Of a stretch of DNA of 64,000 nt, positions 25,440 to 38,605 are shown piece by piece. The DNA is from Carcharhinus longimanus (taxonomy: Eukaryota), in NCBI GenBank assembly GCA_030264375.1, contig JASCQW010000119.1, positions 39,674,130-39,738,129 of the forward strand. The letters run 5' to 3'. Numbering within the stretch: position 1 is the first letter of the stretch; the number at the start of each line of letters is the position of its first letter. The notes beneath the pieces were generated by a model. That model saw only the letters and a list, made by a program, of their open reading frames with translations, had not been told where the DNA came from and searched no databases. The position numbers were made by a program, and so were the translations under genes.

Positions 25440-26299
25440 GTGTTTTTATGATTTTAAAATTCTGTAAGATATTCTGTACATAAGAAAACAGAAATAGATT
25501 CTTCCATAGGAAATCAGGAAACAGTTAAATAAATTCAATAACAGCTTAAAGCGCTGAAGCTCAAAGGATGGAACTGCTCATTCTCATTGCATGGGTATGC
25601 AATAAGTCTTGTGCATATAAGTCGTGCAGTGTTTTATATAATATCTGATTTGTTTAACAAGCTGCTCTCGTAGCAAAATGATGATTAGATTACTAGAGAA
25701 AATCCAGGCTTTCCAAGTCCTGTATAGAGTTCAAAAACATATTTATTACTGACATTTAACTTTGAACAGAAATTACCTGCTAGTTTTCCAATTGCCTTCA
25801 TAAAGCCACAGGTGACAATATGTACTCAGGATTGGTAGGGACAAGAAGGATTTTCTGATGGGAAACCTAGATGTAAGGGTTTCCAGACACCTGGCAGCAG
25901 AAGTTAACTGAAGAAAGTCTTTGAAATTGTTTTGATTTATTTCTCACATGACAGACAATCTAATTGACAGGTTTCTGCCTCTCAGGATAGAAAGCTTCTG
26001 GGAAACAGAAGACAACACCGATTGTGGGGAGCAGGGGGAATGGTTGGTAAGGGAGGGTGTCCAGTTATGTGCAGGTAAGATATTCAACCTGGAGGGAAAA
26101 ATACTCCTGTGCCTCCTGGCCTACAAACAGTGCATTAATTGCACATAACTCGTGGATCCAACATTTTGGATGGAATTTTGGCAAAAAATTACAAAGGCTA
26201 GAATTTTTTGGCTGTTCACACCCCACCAAGGCACGCTGAGAAATTTCCATTCACTGCAGCGTGCCCAGAGAATCCTGCGGGCATGAACGGCTGGAAAAT

Positions 26300-27330
26300 T
26301 CCGGCGTAAGCGTCATAAAGATGAGAAAACCGGAGTAATCTGCACCAATCTGTGCAGAGTGGGTCAGACTGCAATCGAGATCTTTCGACCTTGTCTTACC
26401 CGATTTTCAGTGAGGCAAGGTGGTAAGATCAGGCGAGAGGCAAAATTTGTCCTCCCCCGATTGTACCAGTACTTTGCTGGTGAAATTGGCTTCGTGCTCA
26501 GAAAGGGCGCAGAGTCAAGTTAAATATTAATGACATGCTTTTCGTTTGTTTGGTACTTCGAATCTTTTTGTAAAATTCTGCCCTTACTCTTTTTTTTGGG
26601 AGAGTGGTGAGTTCTGTGCCAGTTCTGGGAAGGTCAAGGCCATGAAAGGGCCCTCAACCTACTGGTGAATATGATTGTAAAGCACTTGGGCGCCATTTTG
26701 AAAGGGCACTCCAATCTCACAAAGCATTGTAAGATCCCCTCCACGGACGTCGGGGCACACACCCCATTTCCCCCAGTAGTGGCTTGTTTCTTCACCCTCC
26801 TCCCCAACATGAGTCAACAACATTAAGGAATTGGGGCCTTCCTAATGTTTCCCCTTCATAGCCCTCCACCCCTTGGCAGTGCCACTTGGCACACTGGCAG
26901 TGCCACCTGACACTCTGACAGTGTCCAGCAAGCACTCCTAGTGGGCATTGCCAGTGTGCCAGGTGGGCAGTGCCAGATGGGCATTGTCTAGCTATGTCCC
27001 AGACCTCCCAGGGGCTTCGATGGCATGGTCATCACACGTGGTTTCCGCTAGTGAGGACCAGTAGTGATTTTCACTGGGTTCTCGCCACCCCAAAGTTTGG
27101 AAGATCCCAGGAACTCGGAGAATCCATCATCGAATGGACTAAGCATATTTAAATGCTACTTTAAATAGGCTAATCAGCTCCGTGCCCTTTCTGAGCGAGA
27201 TCCAGTTTGCACCAATAGTAGGGGGCCGGAATGATTGCAACCCTTTTGGTGCTGGGCATGAAGCCCATTTTTGGGCCCACATGCAATTTTCTCAGATTAG
27301 TGTAATCTGCTCCAGGTGTGGCGGAGCCAG
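26300..27330. mobile_element. Harbinger-like non-autonomous element
   Basis: GGCAGTGCC array at 26875-26990, gggcgccattttgaaaggg core, gcatatttaaat motif near the right end. Confidence 0.55.
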
Positions 27331-28769
27331 AAACCACTCCCTTTTGTGTCTTTTATGTACCACGATTCCCAAAGCCCAGCAAACTTGACCTTCACCCACT
27401 TACAAATTAAAATGCTGTTGAAATGAGGACAGGTATCCTCTTTAAAAGATTTCAATAGCTGACCCACCCACCACCTGAGAATGGGTTGTCCACTTCCCCA
27501 TCACAAGTCATTGAAACTGGAAATAGATGGACTTGAAATTTTAAATATTTTTGTGCATTCTTACCCACGCCCAATCTCCACCAGTCTATGAGGATTAAAA
27601 TTGCCATCATAACATTCAATTGAAGAAAGCTTTTCAATCCATTGGCCTCATCATTCTACAGTCCCAAACCTACAGTTACAGTATACTTCTTTGAGTAAAA
27701 GCACTGTAAAGGTGTTGGTTGTAGAAATCCAATATGAATCCACATTCCTGCCCAGCCACAAGGTAGATAGTAGTTTACTTAGGCACCTAATCATAATTTG
27801 ACACTGCAATGTGTCAGATCAACCAATTCAAATTGAATGAAAAGGAGTCAGTAGATTTGGATTAATTTAGTTCCTATTGCTTTCTTATCCTGCATTCCTG
27901 CAATCAAAGACAAAATATCTGTAGAGTTCTCATTTGTAAAATTTTGCAGGGCTTCTGAATTATCTTGCAAGGAGTAAAATTTTCTCTAAATCTACAGGGC
28001 ATTCAGTATGAGAAGCATGTCAGTATGAAGCAAATTTGGAGCTTTATATTGTTATTTGAACATTTTTTAATGATTTAAAATTAACGTTAAAAACTGATGA
28101 ATAATTTTTCTCATAATCTATTAAACCAAGGCAGCATTTCCAGTGTTCATTCAATATTTTTGTGGATTATTCCCATTGGAGTAATCAATATTTTTGTTGT
28201 ACATTGACAAACAGCAAATAAAGGTTTAACAATAATATTTTACTGGAATCAAAGATGTGAATTGATGAAGTCTTGCTCTTCTGCTGAAAGTGCAAGTAGG
28301 ACTCCACAGGAAGTGATTGAATTTGGCATGAGAGTGACCTCAACCTGGGACACAATCTTTAGCATAAAAGGGACCGATGCATCCATCATTTTCCGTGGTA
28401 TGCGAATGTCCACCATGCATCCAAGTATACTGTAATAATAAGTTTGGTATTGTAGATGAAAATCAAAACAGTACCTTGCTGTTTTTCAGGGTGTGAGTCC
28501 TTGTAGTCATCAACATAATTCTTTTGAACACTCAAAATGCTCTTTTGCTGTTTTCCTAATGGCAATTGATCATTTGGCAACGAATTGCCATGGAAACTTG
28601 CATCAGGCCTTTGCTGCCATATTGGTAAAATAAGTAAACTTGCATCATGTCTTCTTACCTTCATTTGGCCCTAGTAAAGATGAAACTGGCACTATATCTG
28701 GTGATTCTGCCTCTTTGGATAATGTCATGATGGAAAAGAAGAATAGTTGCACAAAACATTTACTACTTC

Positions 28770-28960
28770 TGAGAGAAGAGTAAATGGGAGGGACTAAAGG
28801 AGAGGAGGAAGAGAGAAAAGTGGAAAAGGAGAAAGAACAATAATGACAAGACAGAAGGGGAGAGGAAGATATAGGAAGAAATGGAGAGAGGATGATGATT
28901 GAGATGGATTGGGTCAAACAGAAGAATGGGGAAAGGGCAAAAAGAAAGACGAGAAGAGGT
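28770..28960 (+). repeat. Purine-rich (GA) low-complexity tract
   Basis: Near-exclusive A/G composition. Confidence 0.7.
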
Positions 28961-29214
28961 GTTATTGTCTTAGTTCTGGTGGAGCAACTCAACTCTTTAA
29001 TCTTCAGTTTGGTTCACTTTGTAAACTGTGCTGTGCTTAGGTTTTATTCTGCAGTATTAAACACTTCAAGGATTTTGTGGGCTGCTTCAGTTTAATCCTC
29101 AGTTTGATGTTCAATATTAGGGAGCATTTTATTTTGGGTTTTTCTCCAGTTATACAAGGCTGTTCTTTGCAATGTCACATTCTGCTGATGTGAGCATAGC
29201 CTCCTTTCATCTCA

Positions 29215-29332
29215 GTTTAGGTGCATTGACCCAAACAGACGCTGAACTGTGGCGACTTGGGGAATTTCACAGTAATTTCATTGCAGTGTTCATGTAAGCC
29301 TTACTTGTGACTAATAAATAAACTTTAAAAAA
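29215..29332 (+). mobile_element. Isolated 3' tail of the alternative-tail V-SINE
   Basis: ttaggtgcattgacccaaacag...ggggaatttcacagtaatttcattgcagtgttcatgtaagccttacttgtgactaataaataaacttt, matching 80-185. Confidence 0.75.
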
Positions 29333-30409
29333 AATTGGGATGTTTTACAATCTTAAAGACGCCATATAAAAGCAAATGGTTTAGTTTTTCATTTCTGTTC
29401 CAAGTTCAATCTGTTCAGTTAATTCTTCCAATGCTGCGTTTTTTTTTAGATTGTATTTATTTTAGATTAAACTTTTGGACTTCCCTTTTCATGCTTAAAC
29501 AGCCCTGGTGCATAACCTTGTGTCTCCTAACATTTTGTTCCCAGCACTATCAGCAAGTGCAGTGCATTTGGAATATTGCCATTATGTACCATTTTTAATA
29601 AGCATAATGAGAGGCTAATATTTGTAATGAACTAAATGACAAGCATAAATTAAATATGAATTCTTCAATCTATTTTAATAGATTGTAAGATTAGGAGATG
29701 CAATCATTAAAGTAGACAGTAAATGGCAGACCAGAGCCAGCTTATTCCATTTTCAGCAGGTTGACAGCTGGTGTAATGGTAGTAGTTTGTTAAAATCCAG
29801 ACTGGATAGTTGTAACATTGACCACACGTTTTTTTTATGACTAGCATGTATGTGAATCCTGGGCATGCAGCCATCCTGAAATGGAACTGCTCTCTCAGTT
29901 TGAAAAGTGTCAGCATTAACCTTCGTTTGGTTTCACCGGGAACTTTGACTGTAAAATTGGATCTTGATTAATTTGTTTTGTGTCCAGCCAATAAAAACAA
30001 CCACAGTCCAAGGTATTGCTCCTTCTGAGACCCCAGCCAAGGCCAAAGACGAGTATAGCCAGAGAAACCTTGTAAATGATCCACTGGCTCCAGTTAGAGC
30101 TGAGGAGAGACTTATTTTAGTTGTATTGCAGCGCTCTGATATTCTGGCTGGTGGTTTGTGATGGAGGTTGCTGAAGCATTCTTATTGGCATGATGTACCA
30201 ATCAGTGTATGCTAATAACCCAGTTGCTGCAATGGATGGGCTCTGTCTTTCTCTGCTTGTGCTGCTTGATCTCTGCAGAAATTGATTCCACTCTGCCATT
30301 CATCCACTGGGGGGATGACCCAAATTAAACTTCACAGCCTTGATCTATGCTCATCATTTGCCTCTGCTGACATGGATAAGACAGGGGCCAATTATTATGT
30401 GAAACTTTC

Positions 30410-30800
30410 AATTGAGAGAATATTTGATAGAGCTATTAAAATCATGAGGGGTCTGGACAGCATAGAGGGAGAGAAATTGTTCTCACTCATGAAAGTATGA
30501 AAAATGATAGGGCACAGGTTTAAAGTAATTAGTAAAAGATGCAATAGTAAGTGATTTGAGGTAAACATTTTTGTGCAGTGGGTCGTTGGAGCCTGGAACG
30601 TTCTGCCTGAAAATTTGTTTATTGTAAGTTCAATTGAAGCGTTTAAAGAGGAAATAGACTGTTATCTGAAAAGGAAGCATGTGCAGAGTTTTAGGGAGAA
30701 GGCGGGAGAATGGAATTTGGTGAATTGCTCATTCGATAACCTGGTGAAGATATGAAGTGCCAAATGGTCTCCTTCTGCGCCATAACATTTGTGATACTGT
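30410..30800 (+). mobile_element. CR1 LINE 3' fragment
   Basis: KIMRGLDSIEGEKLF..., WNVLPE....SSIEAFKEEID.YL; tail gccaaatggtctccttctgcgcc. Confidence 0.85.
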
Positions 30801-30834
30801 GAATTTAAACCAGTTTTCTATTAATTTGTTCGCA

Positions 30835-31325
30835 TGATATTGAAACATGTAAGATTCTTGGGGACTTGACAGGATGGATACTGGGACGATGTTTCCTCTA
30901 GTTTCAAATTAGGGACACAGTTTAAACATTAGGAGTCTTCCATTTAAGACTGAGATAAGCATAATTTCTTTAGCTCAGAGGGTCCTTAGTTTGTGGAATT
31001 CTCTTCTCCAGAGGCGGGGTCATTGAATACATTCAAGGCTGAGTTAGATAGATAGATAGACAGGAAAGAATAGTTGAAGCCACAGTCAGATCAGGTATGA
31101 TCTTATTGCAGTGCTTCCCAAATGGTTTCCCACTGGGACCCCAATTTGAGTCTTCAAAAGTGCCATAACTCTCAGTGGAAATTGTGTGAGGGTGATAGGA
31201 GAGAAAGACAAGCTTGCAACCCCAGAATCATCTCATAACCTCAGTTTAGGAAGCCTTGTCTTATTGAATGGCAGAACAAGCTCAAGGCATCAAATGTTCT
31301 ACTCCTATTCCTAATTTTGTATTCT
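30835..31325 (+). mobile_element. CR1 LINE 3' fragment interrupted by a hAT MITE
   Basis: ctcagagggtc..tttgtggaattctctt...attcaaggctgagttagataga...gatcttattg[insert]aatggcagaacaagctcaagg...ctactcctattcctaat. Confidence 0.8.
31109..31258. mobile_element. hAT-superfamily MITE (150 bp)
   Basis: TIRs CAGTGCTTCCCAAA / TTTAGGAAGCCTTG; perfect 8-bp TSD TCTTATTG at 31101-31108 and 31259-31266. Confidence 0.85.
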
Positions 31326-31464
31326 TGTCCACAATGCCAGCGCTCACTGTCAACTTTTTAAATGGGCAAAGATCTTAGTTTTTCTTCTGTTACTGAAATG
31401 ATTATAAGATGGAACAGAAAAATACCTGGAATGGGCTCTAAATCAAAGAATTAAGTATTCAAAT

Positions 31465-31948
31465 GTAAAATACTGCAGATGTTGAAAACTGAAATAAAAA
31501 GGGGAAGCTCTGGACTTATTCAGCATGTCATGCAGCCTCTGTGGAGATAGAATTAGTATTTTGGTTTGATTACTTTTTTGTCCAAACTGGTAAAAGTTGG
31601 ACATGTAGTATGTTTTATGTAAGTACAGAGGCTGGAAATAGAGGAGGCGGGGAGGAGGAACAAGAGGAAGGTGTGTGTTGTAAGGTGGAAGGCCAGAGAG
31701 ATTAAATTGACAAAAGGGATGAGAGCACAAGGCAAGGATGATGGTAATGGAGCAAATAAAGAAGAAAAAAAATTAGATGGGTCCAGAGGAAGTATAAGTG
31801 AGAAAAGCAGAAACATTATCAACTGCAGTCCGAAAATTAGTTAAAACCTAAAATTGTTGAACTCTGTGTTGAGTTTAGAAGGCTGTAAGAAAATAACTGA
31901 AAGATGACATGCAGTTCCTCATGCTTCCATTCAGCTTCATTGGAATAG
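31465..31948. mobile_element. Second Penelope-like family remnant
   Basis: aaatactgcagatgttgaaaactgaaataaaa...attcagcatgtcatgcagcctctgtggaga; the same motif occurs at about 44175-44280 and 48075-48178. Confidence 0.6.
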
Positions 31949-31999
31949 TCTTAAGAACCTTCCTCCCTCTTCCCCTGCCCCTGGACTTACAACCTTACG

Positions 32000-32611
32000 G
32001 GGATGATTCTCCCTGCTTCCTACACGAAAGCAACGTAGCGGGCTAGGATATTCAAGTGGAGGTTTAACGGGCTCCCTGCTGAATGCCACGGCCTCCATGA
32101 ATCTCTGACAGCTGGATTTTCAGCTCTGTTAGCTCCGCGCCAGAAATCGGTGTGGAACTGTTTAATTTATTTAAATCCTAATTTGTGTCTATTTTGCATA
32201 TGGTCTCTGGGCCCATTGGAGTCTCTGCCCCCGCCAGGAGTGTTTCAGTCCAGGAGGGGTTTACAATAGCTCTCCACCAGCAGGGAGTAGGCAGCCCAAA
32301 CCCTTGGAGTGAAGCGGGGGGGGGGAGGGTTGGGGGGCATCAAGATCCCCCAGCAGGCCTGGGGGTTGCTCTCTGGGCATTGCCAGGTTGACAGTGCCAG
32401 CCTGGCCCCCAGGCACTGCCCAAGGGGCAAAATGCCAAAGCTCATCAAGCATCAGGCAGTGCTTCGGGGGCAGGGTCTAGTGGGGGCAAGGCTTATAGGG
32501 AGCTGGGCCGTTGTGGGGGTGAGATCAGTAACGTGGGTGTCCCATTGCCACTTTGCACTGAGAGAGGGAGGGAGGCCAGTAATCGGGGCTGGCCATTTGG
32601 GGGGCGAGAGT
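32000..32611. mobile_element. Harbinger-like non-autonomous element (ends in a gap)
   Basis: ggggatgattctccc start, atttaaat..ttgcat motif, GGCA(G/C/T)TGCC cluster at 32376-32440. Confidence 0.55.
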
Positions 32612-34104
32612 NNNNNNNNNNNNNNNNNNNNNNNNNNNNNNNNNNNNNNNNNNNNNNNNNNNNNNNNNNNNNNNNNNNNNNNNNNNNNNNNNNNNNNNNN
32701 NNNNNNNNNNNTTAAATCCTTGTTCTGATTCAACTTTTTCATTTCTGTTGTAATTTCAACTTCGGAAAGCTTAGAGATAAACTGACTGAACTGAAGTCTG
32801 CTCTGTGCAAATAGGTTATGAATCATTTATTTTTGAAACAATTAAAGCTTTCGTGCCTAGAATAAAAGAGATAGTTTTACACCACTAAATGGCTTGGAAA
32901 TATTTTTCCTCCTATTTATACCCATAAAGTCCAATGTAGTGGCAGCTCTGCCTCTCCTTACTAACTATTTATGCGCCACAGTCCTGAGGTGCTTCTATCC
33001 TTTTTAATTCTAGCAGCAAGACACCAGTTTGTAACGTAAGTGTCCTGCACAACTGATGACTGCCAACCTAGGAAAACAGGTTAGATTTGGACAGTCACTC
33101 AGTCTTGCCCAGATGCTCTTCCAACATTGAACTCTCCATAGAACAAAATCCATTGTGTGCTACCTTTAAATATTGTCAGAATGACCAGCCAACATCAGCA
33201 TTTTGAGACTCTTTCTGTATTCAAAATGGGATTCAATGCCTTTAAATAGAGTTTTGGAGAATGGTGAAAATATAGCAGGACCTTTGCTTGGATTGGCTGA
33301 GCTGGATTTTATAACAGAACATTTCTATGCTTATAAGGGCTTAAAACTTAAGGTTTCTCATACTATAGTAGTATTACCCTAGACATGGCAGCATCACATT
33401 TTACTTTTGTGAAATGCTCAAATATTGGACATTTGGAACAGCCCCTAGTGGTCAGTTAGCTCGAATTGTCATATTATTTATTATGATCATACTAAAAGAA
33501 TATATCCAGTGTTGTGAATATTTAGTTCATGTGTTCGTGTCTTACTATATATTGTATAGTTTTATGAACTAAAGTTAACTGTAAAAATTGGGATAAATGC
33601 AATTAAACAAACTTTAGAGTCTATTACTCTTGAAAGTTTGGAGCTGGGTTGACAAGAGAGGTTAACAGCTGTGAAAGATCATATCATAAATCAGTAGATG
33701 ATCCTACTGAGCTAAAGAGCTGGAGATGGAATGTTTGCAATCCTTGCTAGAATGACAGTCCAGAGGGACGTTTTGGTTTTGGGAGGTAGAGCTAAATTAG
33801 TTCAAAAGCATTCAGTGAATCCTTAAAGGTTGTAGAACTCAATTACTTTATTAGATAAAAGAAGAAATTGTAAATAAGGGATAATTAACTTTAATTTATC
33901 TGGATGTTTCTTAGAAAAGTTAGTTGCAGTTTGGATCTCGTATGATTTGCCGTTCAATGAAAAAAGACAGCCAAAGTAAATGATAGATAAACTGCAATGG
34001 AAGCAGAGTAAAAACCTATCTTCATCATTTACCATGTGGAATGTGGTGAGGTTTAATTTCAGGTCAGAATTTTCCGCTCCTGTTCTTTTTCAGGCACCAA
34101 GAGC

Positions 34105-34870
34105 TGACAGATGCATTTTTCACACGGAGATATAATTATGTCCATTTCAGCTGAGATCAGGCTAGCCAGAATGCAAGAACCATGGGTTTTGCCCAATTTT
34201 CTGGCTTTCCACAGGTGCAAAGTGCCATCGACTACACTTTGTGGCTCTCTGGCTTCTGTACAGCTCATCAATCACTTGTGATTCATTCCACTTCCCAAAG
34301 TGTTCAGTCGGTCTCCGATCACAAAAAGCATATCCTCCAGGTATCTGCTAGGTTCTGAGGCGTGTGCACAGCTCATACATCCTGAGCTACTCTCAGATCC
34401 CTGCCATTTTAGACAGTCCACAGGGGCTACAGGGTTGGCTCCTCAGGAACATGGGGTACCCACTGAGGACATGGCTGATGACGCCAGTGCGGAGGCTACA
34501 AAGTGCAGTTGAGACCAGATACAATGGGGCTCATATTGGAACTCACACTTTGGTGGAGCAGAGTATCGGGATGCTCAAATTGAGACTCTGGAGCCTAGAC
34601 TGGTCTGATGAAATCCTGCAGTACAGTCCACAGAAGGTGTCAAACATTGTGGTCACTTGCTGCCTCCTTCACGACTTGGCACTTCTACAGGAGGAAGGAA
34701 TGGCCTGAGGAGGAGATGGAGAAATAGTACGTTTCCTTGGATGAGAAGGACTTGAGGTGAAAGATGAAAAGGAGGTCCTGAAGGGTGAGGAGGTTGACCA
34801 CGAGACTATGATCATGGCCAGGTGGGGCAGATCAATTCAGGCTGTGCTTATAGCCACCCGATTCATGGAT
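34105..34870 (+). pseudogene. PIF/Harbinger DDE transposase, decayed
   Basis: GFPQVQSAIDYT; HSSYIL; GWLLRNMGYPLRTWLMTP; RYNGAH..T..LVEQSIGMLKLR..SLD; LQYSPQKVSNIVVTCCLLHDLA, all HARBI1-like motifs, with stops and deletions. Confidence 0.9.
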
Positions 34871-35219
34871 TATGATAATGATGCAAAATGCTCTTATGTC
34901 TGTCTGCTGGTAGGCACATACTTACTGGTAAGGCTTGTGTTATGGGAAGGGAGTGGCTGTCCATTGTCCCAAAATTGCAGGAGGATGATGACGACTTGAA
35001 GTGGGGAAAGTTCATTGCTCCTTAAAGAGGTAGTGTGAATGTCTGACTCCTGTGTGGTACTCTGTGACCTGAGTTGTATCATGGCAATGTTGCGCAGAGT
35101 GTTTCACCTCATCCAAACTCAGGAAACTATCTCATCAGAACAAGGAGCCATAAAGAGGGTGCAAGAATGAAAATTTATTTACAGAGATGAACCCTAACTA
35201 CAAGTGGCTAACACCCATG

Positions 35220-36702
35220 ACTATGCTATGCAACTAGACTTCCTTAACCTTTCTAACTCTGCTGCTATGTCTTGGTATATCCCCAGGGTCCAATTGGGAG
35301 ATGGAGGCAGCCTGTCAGCCACGCTCTGTTGCCTGTGATGACACCGGTGGGCATCCTCTGGAGGGTTGAGATCTGGAGGATCCTGGCATGCATTCAGGGT
35401 CCCGCTGTGTGGCAATGGCACTCTCCTCGACTTGTGGAACTGGAGCAAAAATGGTCACCGGAAGAAGGTGGGATACACCCAGAGTTACCTGAGTGGATGG
35501 CCCTCTGCTGTGCATTGGCTTTTCCTCATCTCCTTGGATGCTCAGGGGCCTCTGGCCTCCTTCTTGGGATAGATGGGCAACTGGAATGAACTCAAGATGC
35601 CCTGCTGTCTTATAGCATTGGCACTCATGGGTGCCCACAAGTGCCTACGCCATGAAGTGCATGACCTGAAGCAGTGCAGGAAAGAGTTTTGCATCAAATT
35701 TTCCACTGCAGTCATCACCTAGGTGTTAGCCTATTGACTCAGAATGTTGGCGCTATCTCCTCAGACAGAAGGCAGTAGGACTCCTCCATTCTGCCTTTCA
35801 ATCTGAGCAGTGTAGCTGACATCCCTACCTGATGTTCCTGAATTTGCCTTTGGAGTTCCAACAACTGAGGCATAATCAAGTCTAAAGGCATATAATCTGC
35901 CTCAGCAGATTTTTGGCCTCCAGCAGTCTTCCAAGTGCAGGCACTCGGGGACATCCTGCCTCCGCCTGCTTTGGATCAGAGAGAGTGAGGTGCTTACAAG
36001 TTTGTGACCCAGAGGCCTCTCTGTGATGGTCCTTCAATTTTCCACATCAGAGAAATCAGCTTTGCTGGTGTCATGCCTTTCTTGGCCCTAGCTGATGGAC
36101 TCTGGGCTACTCTTCTGATATGCCATTGAGAGAAGGGAGGTTTCATTAGTGCATGATAGATATGATTCAGATACAAGAGACATGATTTACATCATTTTGG
36201 TGTGATAGATGATGTGTTCTGGATCCTCACTTGGATTATTGGTACCCACCTCACCATCAATATAGGAATGCCTGGGTTCTTCCCTGACCAACTGGAAGAC
36301 ACTCTCCTTGAATTTGGAGAAAATTTACAACTAGAGCATTCCTCCCCCATCTGGCATCTCTCTCTCTTATTATGAGCCAACTTGTCTTACACAGAGACTG
36401 ATGGAGAGCATGTAAGCAAGACATGTGCCAGGGCAGATGTTAAGGATGTCAGACTTGTGTGGATGGTGAATGGGAGCAAGTGAGGTGATAAGGACATGAC
36501 CCACAGGAGGGATGAAGATGTGTATAGGAGAGTGAGTGGTGTTTTTCCTTGAGCTGGCAGTGAGTGAGTTCCCTGTGGATGTGTGATGGATGTGTGAGAA
36601 TTGAGAATGATGGGAAGAGTGACTTACCCTTGCAGAACGGAAGAGATCATTCATCCTTTTGCGACACTGTCCTCCTGTACAAGAGTTGGCACTGACCATC
36701 AA
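35220..36702 (-). pseudogene. Harbinger Myb/SANT-like partner gene, decayed and intron-containing, convergent with the transposase
   Basis: VSANSCTGGQCRKRMNDLFRSAR|gtaagt, then an acceptor and (DK)LAHNKRERCQMG; this is the usual Harbinger two-gene layout. Truncated at about 36702 by CR1. Confidence 0.75.
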
Positions 36703-36704
36703 GA

Positions 36705-38605
36705 GGGTTGATATGTGTTATGTGTTTGATGTAGTGTGTATGGACTTTCAAAAGGTATTTGATAAAGAACCACATATGAGTTTGTCAGCAAAGCTGAAGT
36801 CTGTGTAATAAAAATGGTAGCATGGGTACATAGTTGCCTGAGTGACAGTTGTTTTTCAGATTGGAGGAAGGTATACAGTGGCATCCCCAGGGGTTGGTGT
36901 TAGGACCACAACTTGATCTGTATTTGTGATATAGATTTTAGTGTCCAGGAGAAAATTTCAAAGTTTGCAGATGACACAAAACTTTGAAGCGTGGTAGCAT
37001 GGCCTCTTTAAGAGGTGCTCCTTCATGAGCCCTATGACCATGCCAAAGCATGAGCACATGAACCTTGGCCAAATGGGAGTGAGGGCGAATAATCCCAGAG
37101 CTGGAGGACTTCAGTTGCAGTCAGGATATTGTGAAGAGTAGATCTGTATTAGTAGTGCTGTTGAACCCTTCGTGTATTTAGTTCTTCTTATCAATAAGCT
37201 CTTTAGTTAATTGTTAGCCACATTGAGTCACTTTGAGTTATTGCACTGCTGATGATGAAAAACCGAATCAGTCATTGAGAAGCCTGCAAGTGCAGAGTTG
37301 GAGGGGGAGGAGAGTAATCACTTGAAGTCAAAGTACAAAAGGGTAAAGACTCTGTCTTGAGATGCCATTATTTGGGAAGCTAGAACCATTTGACCCTGAG
37401 ATCAAGTGTTGGGGGTAGTATATTGAGAGACTGCTGTATTTCTTTGTGGCAAACTAAACTGCAACTGAGGAAAAAGATGAGGTGATACTGCTCAGTCTGT
37501 GACCCACACACTTAAAACCTGGTATGGAGTTTGATGTCACCTGAAGCTCTGGACACAAACTTGAACCAGTTAGTCAATTTGATTAAGGATCAATACAACC
37601 CCTGACCTTCCATAATCATGCAAAGATACAAATTTCATTCAGCAATTAGAGAGCTAGGAGAGCTAGTGGCCAGACTTTGACGGTTGACTAAACAGGTGAT
37701 GATTAAGTGTGCCCCGCTTCAAGTTTTTATGTACCAACCATTGAACACGACACTTTCATGCTCACGGTGGGACCAAGACAACCTTGGCTTCAGTGGTCGA
37801 GCTAAGGAGCCAACCAGGGCTTAGCTCCAGAGGTGGCTGAAGAGTCTGCTCCATTAGTGGATCCTATGTTGTCGGCTGCTGAAGAACCCCTGACAGAGTT
37901 AGAGTGTTCTACCAGAGTCTGGAAGTCTGTGGAGTGGCTGATGTTATGAACTGTTTTCTCTTGGCTTCTCTTCTGTAATATTCTTGTTTCTCTGCCTACA
38001 TGTTTACTGTTGTGTTCTTTTGTTTTACCGTAAGTTATCCAAGAAGTTAGGGGGAAAGGATTGTGGTTACGTGGCTCATTTAAGGGGTGACCCTTTGTGG
38101 GTCATGTGACCAGGCTGAAGCCAATGGAACGTAAGCATGTGAATCTTGGCCAATCAGGAACGAGGGCAAGCAGTCGGGGATTAGAGGGCTTCATTTGGAG
38201 TTCGGGTGCTTACAGGAGTAGACCTGTACTAGTAATGCTGTTGAATCCTTCCTTTTTCTTATCAATAAACTCTTTAGTTAATTGTTTGCCATATTGAGTC
38301 ATCTCAAGTATGAGGTAGTGAGTGATGGATTCAAAGAGAGCATTGAAAGGCTGATGGAATGAGTGTACAACTGGCAGATGAAATTTATTGCAGAGAAGTG
38401 TGAAGTAATTCATTTTTGTCAGAAGAATGAGGAGAGGCATAAAGAATAGAATTCTAAGGGGGGGGTGCAGGGGTAAAGGAATATGTGTGCAAATGGTAAA
38501 CCTGTATTAAACACTGGTTCAGCCTCAACTGGAGTATTGTGTCCCACTTCTGGACACCACACTCTGGGAAGGATATAAATGTGATAGGGTGCAGAAAATA
38601 TTTAG
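36705..38605 (+). mobile_element. CR1 RT fragment split by an LTR retrotransposon
   Basis: YMDFQK.FDK...SGIPQG.VLGP...SKFADDTKL (36705-36990) resumes at about 38311 with tggcagatgaaatt..gagaagtgtgaagtaattcattt...QLEYCV. Confidence 0.85.
36991..38310 (+). mobile_element. Internally deleted Gypsy-like LTR retrotransposon with two LTRs
   Basis: LTRs at about 36991-37245 and 38061-38310 share cttggccaa..., agtagacctgtactagtaatgctgttgaa..., tcttatcaataa.ctctttagttaattgtt.gcca.attgagtca; gag start MPLFGKLEPFDP at 37362; PPT ttagggggaaagga just before the 3' LTR. Confidence 0.85.
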
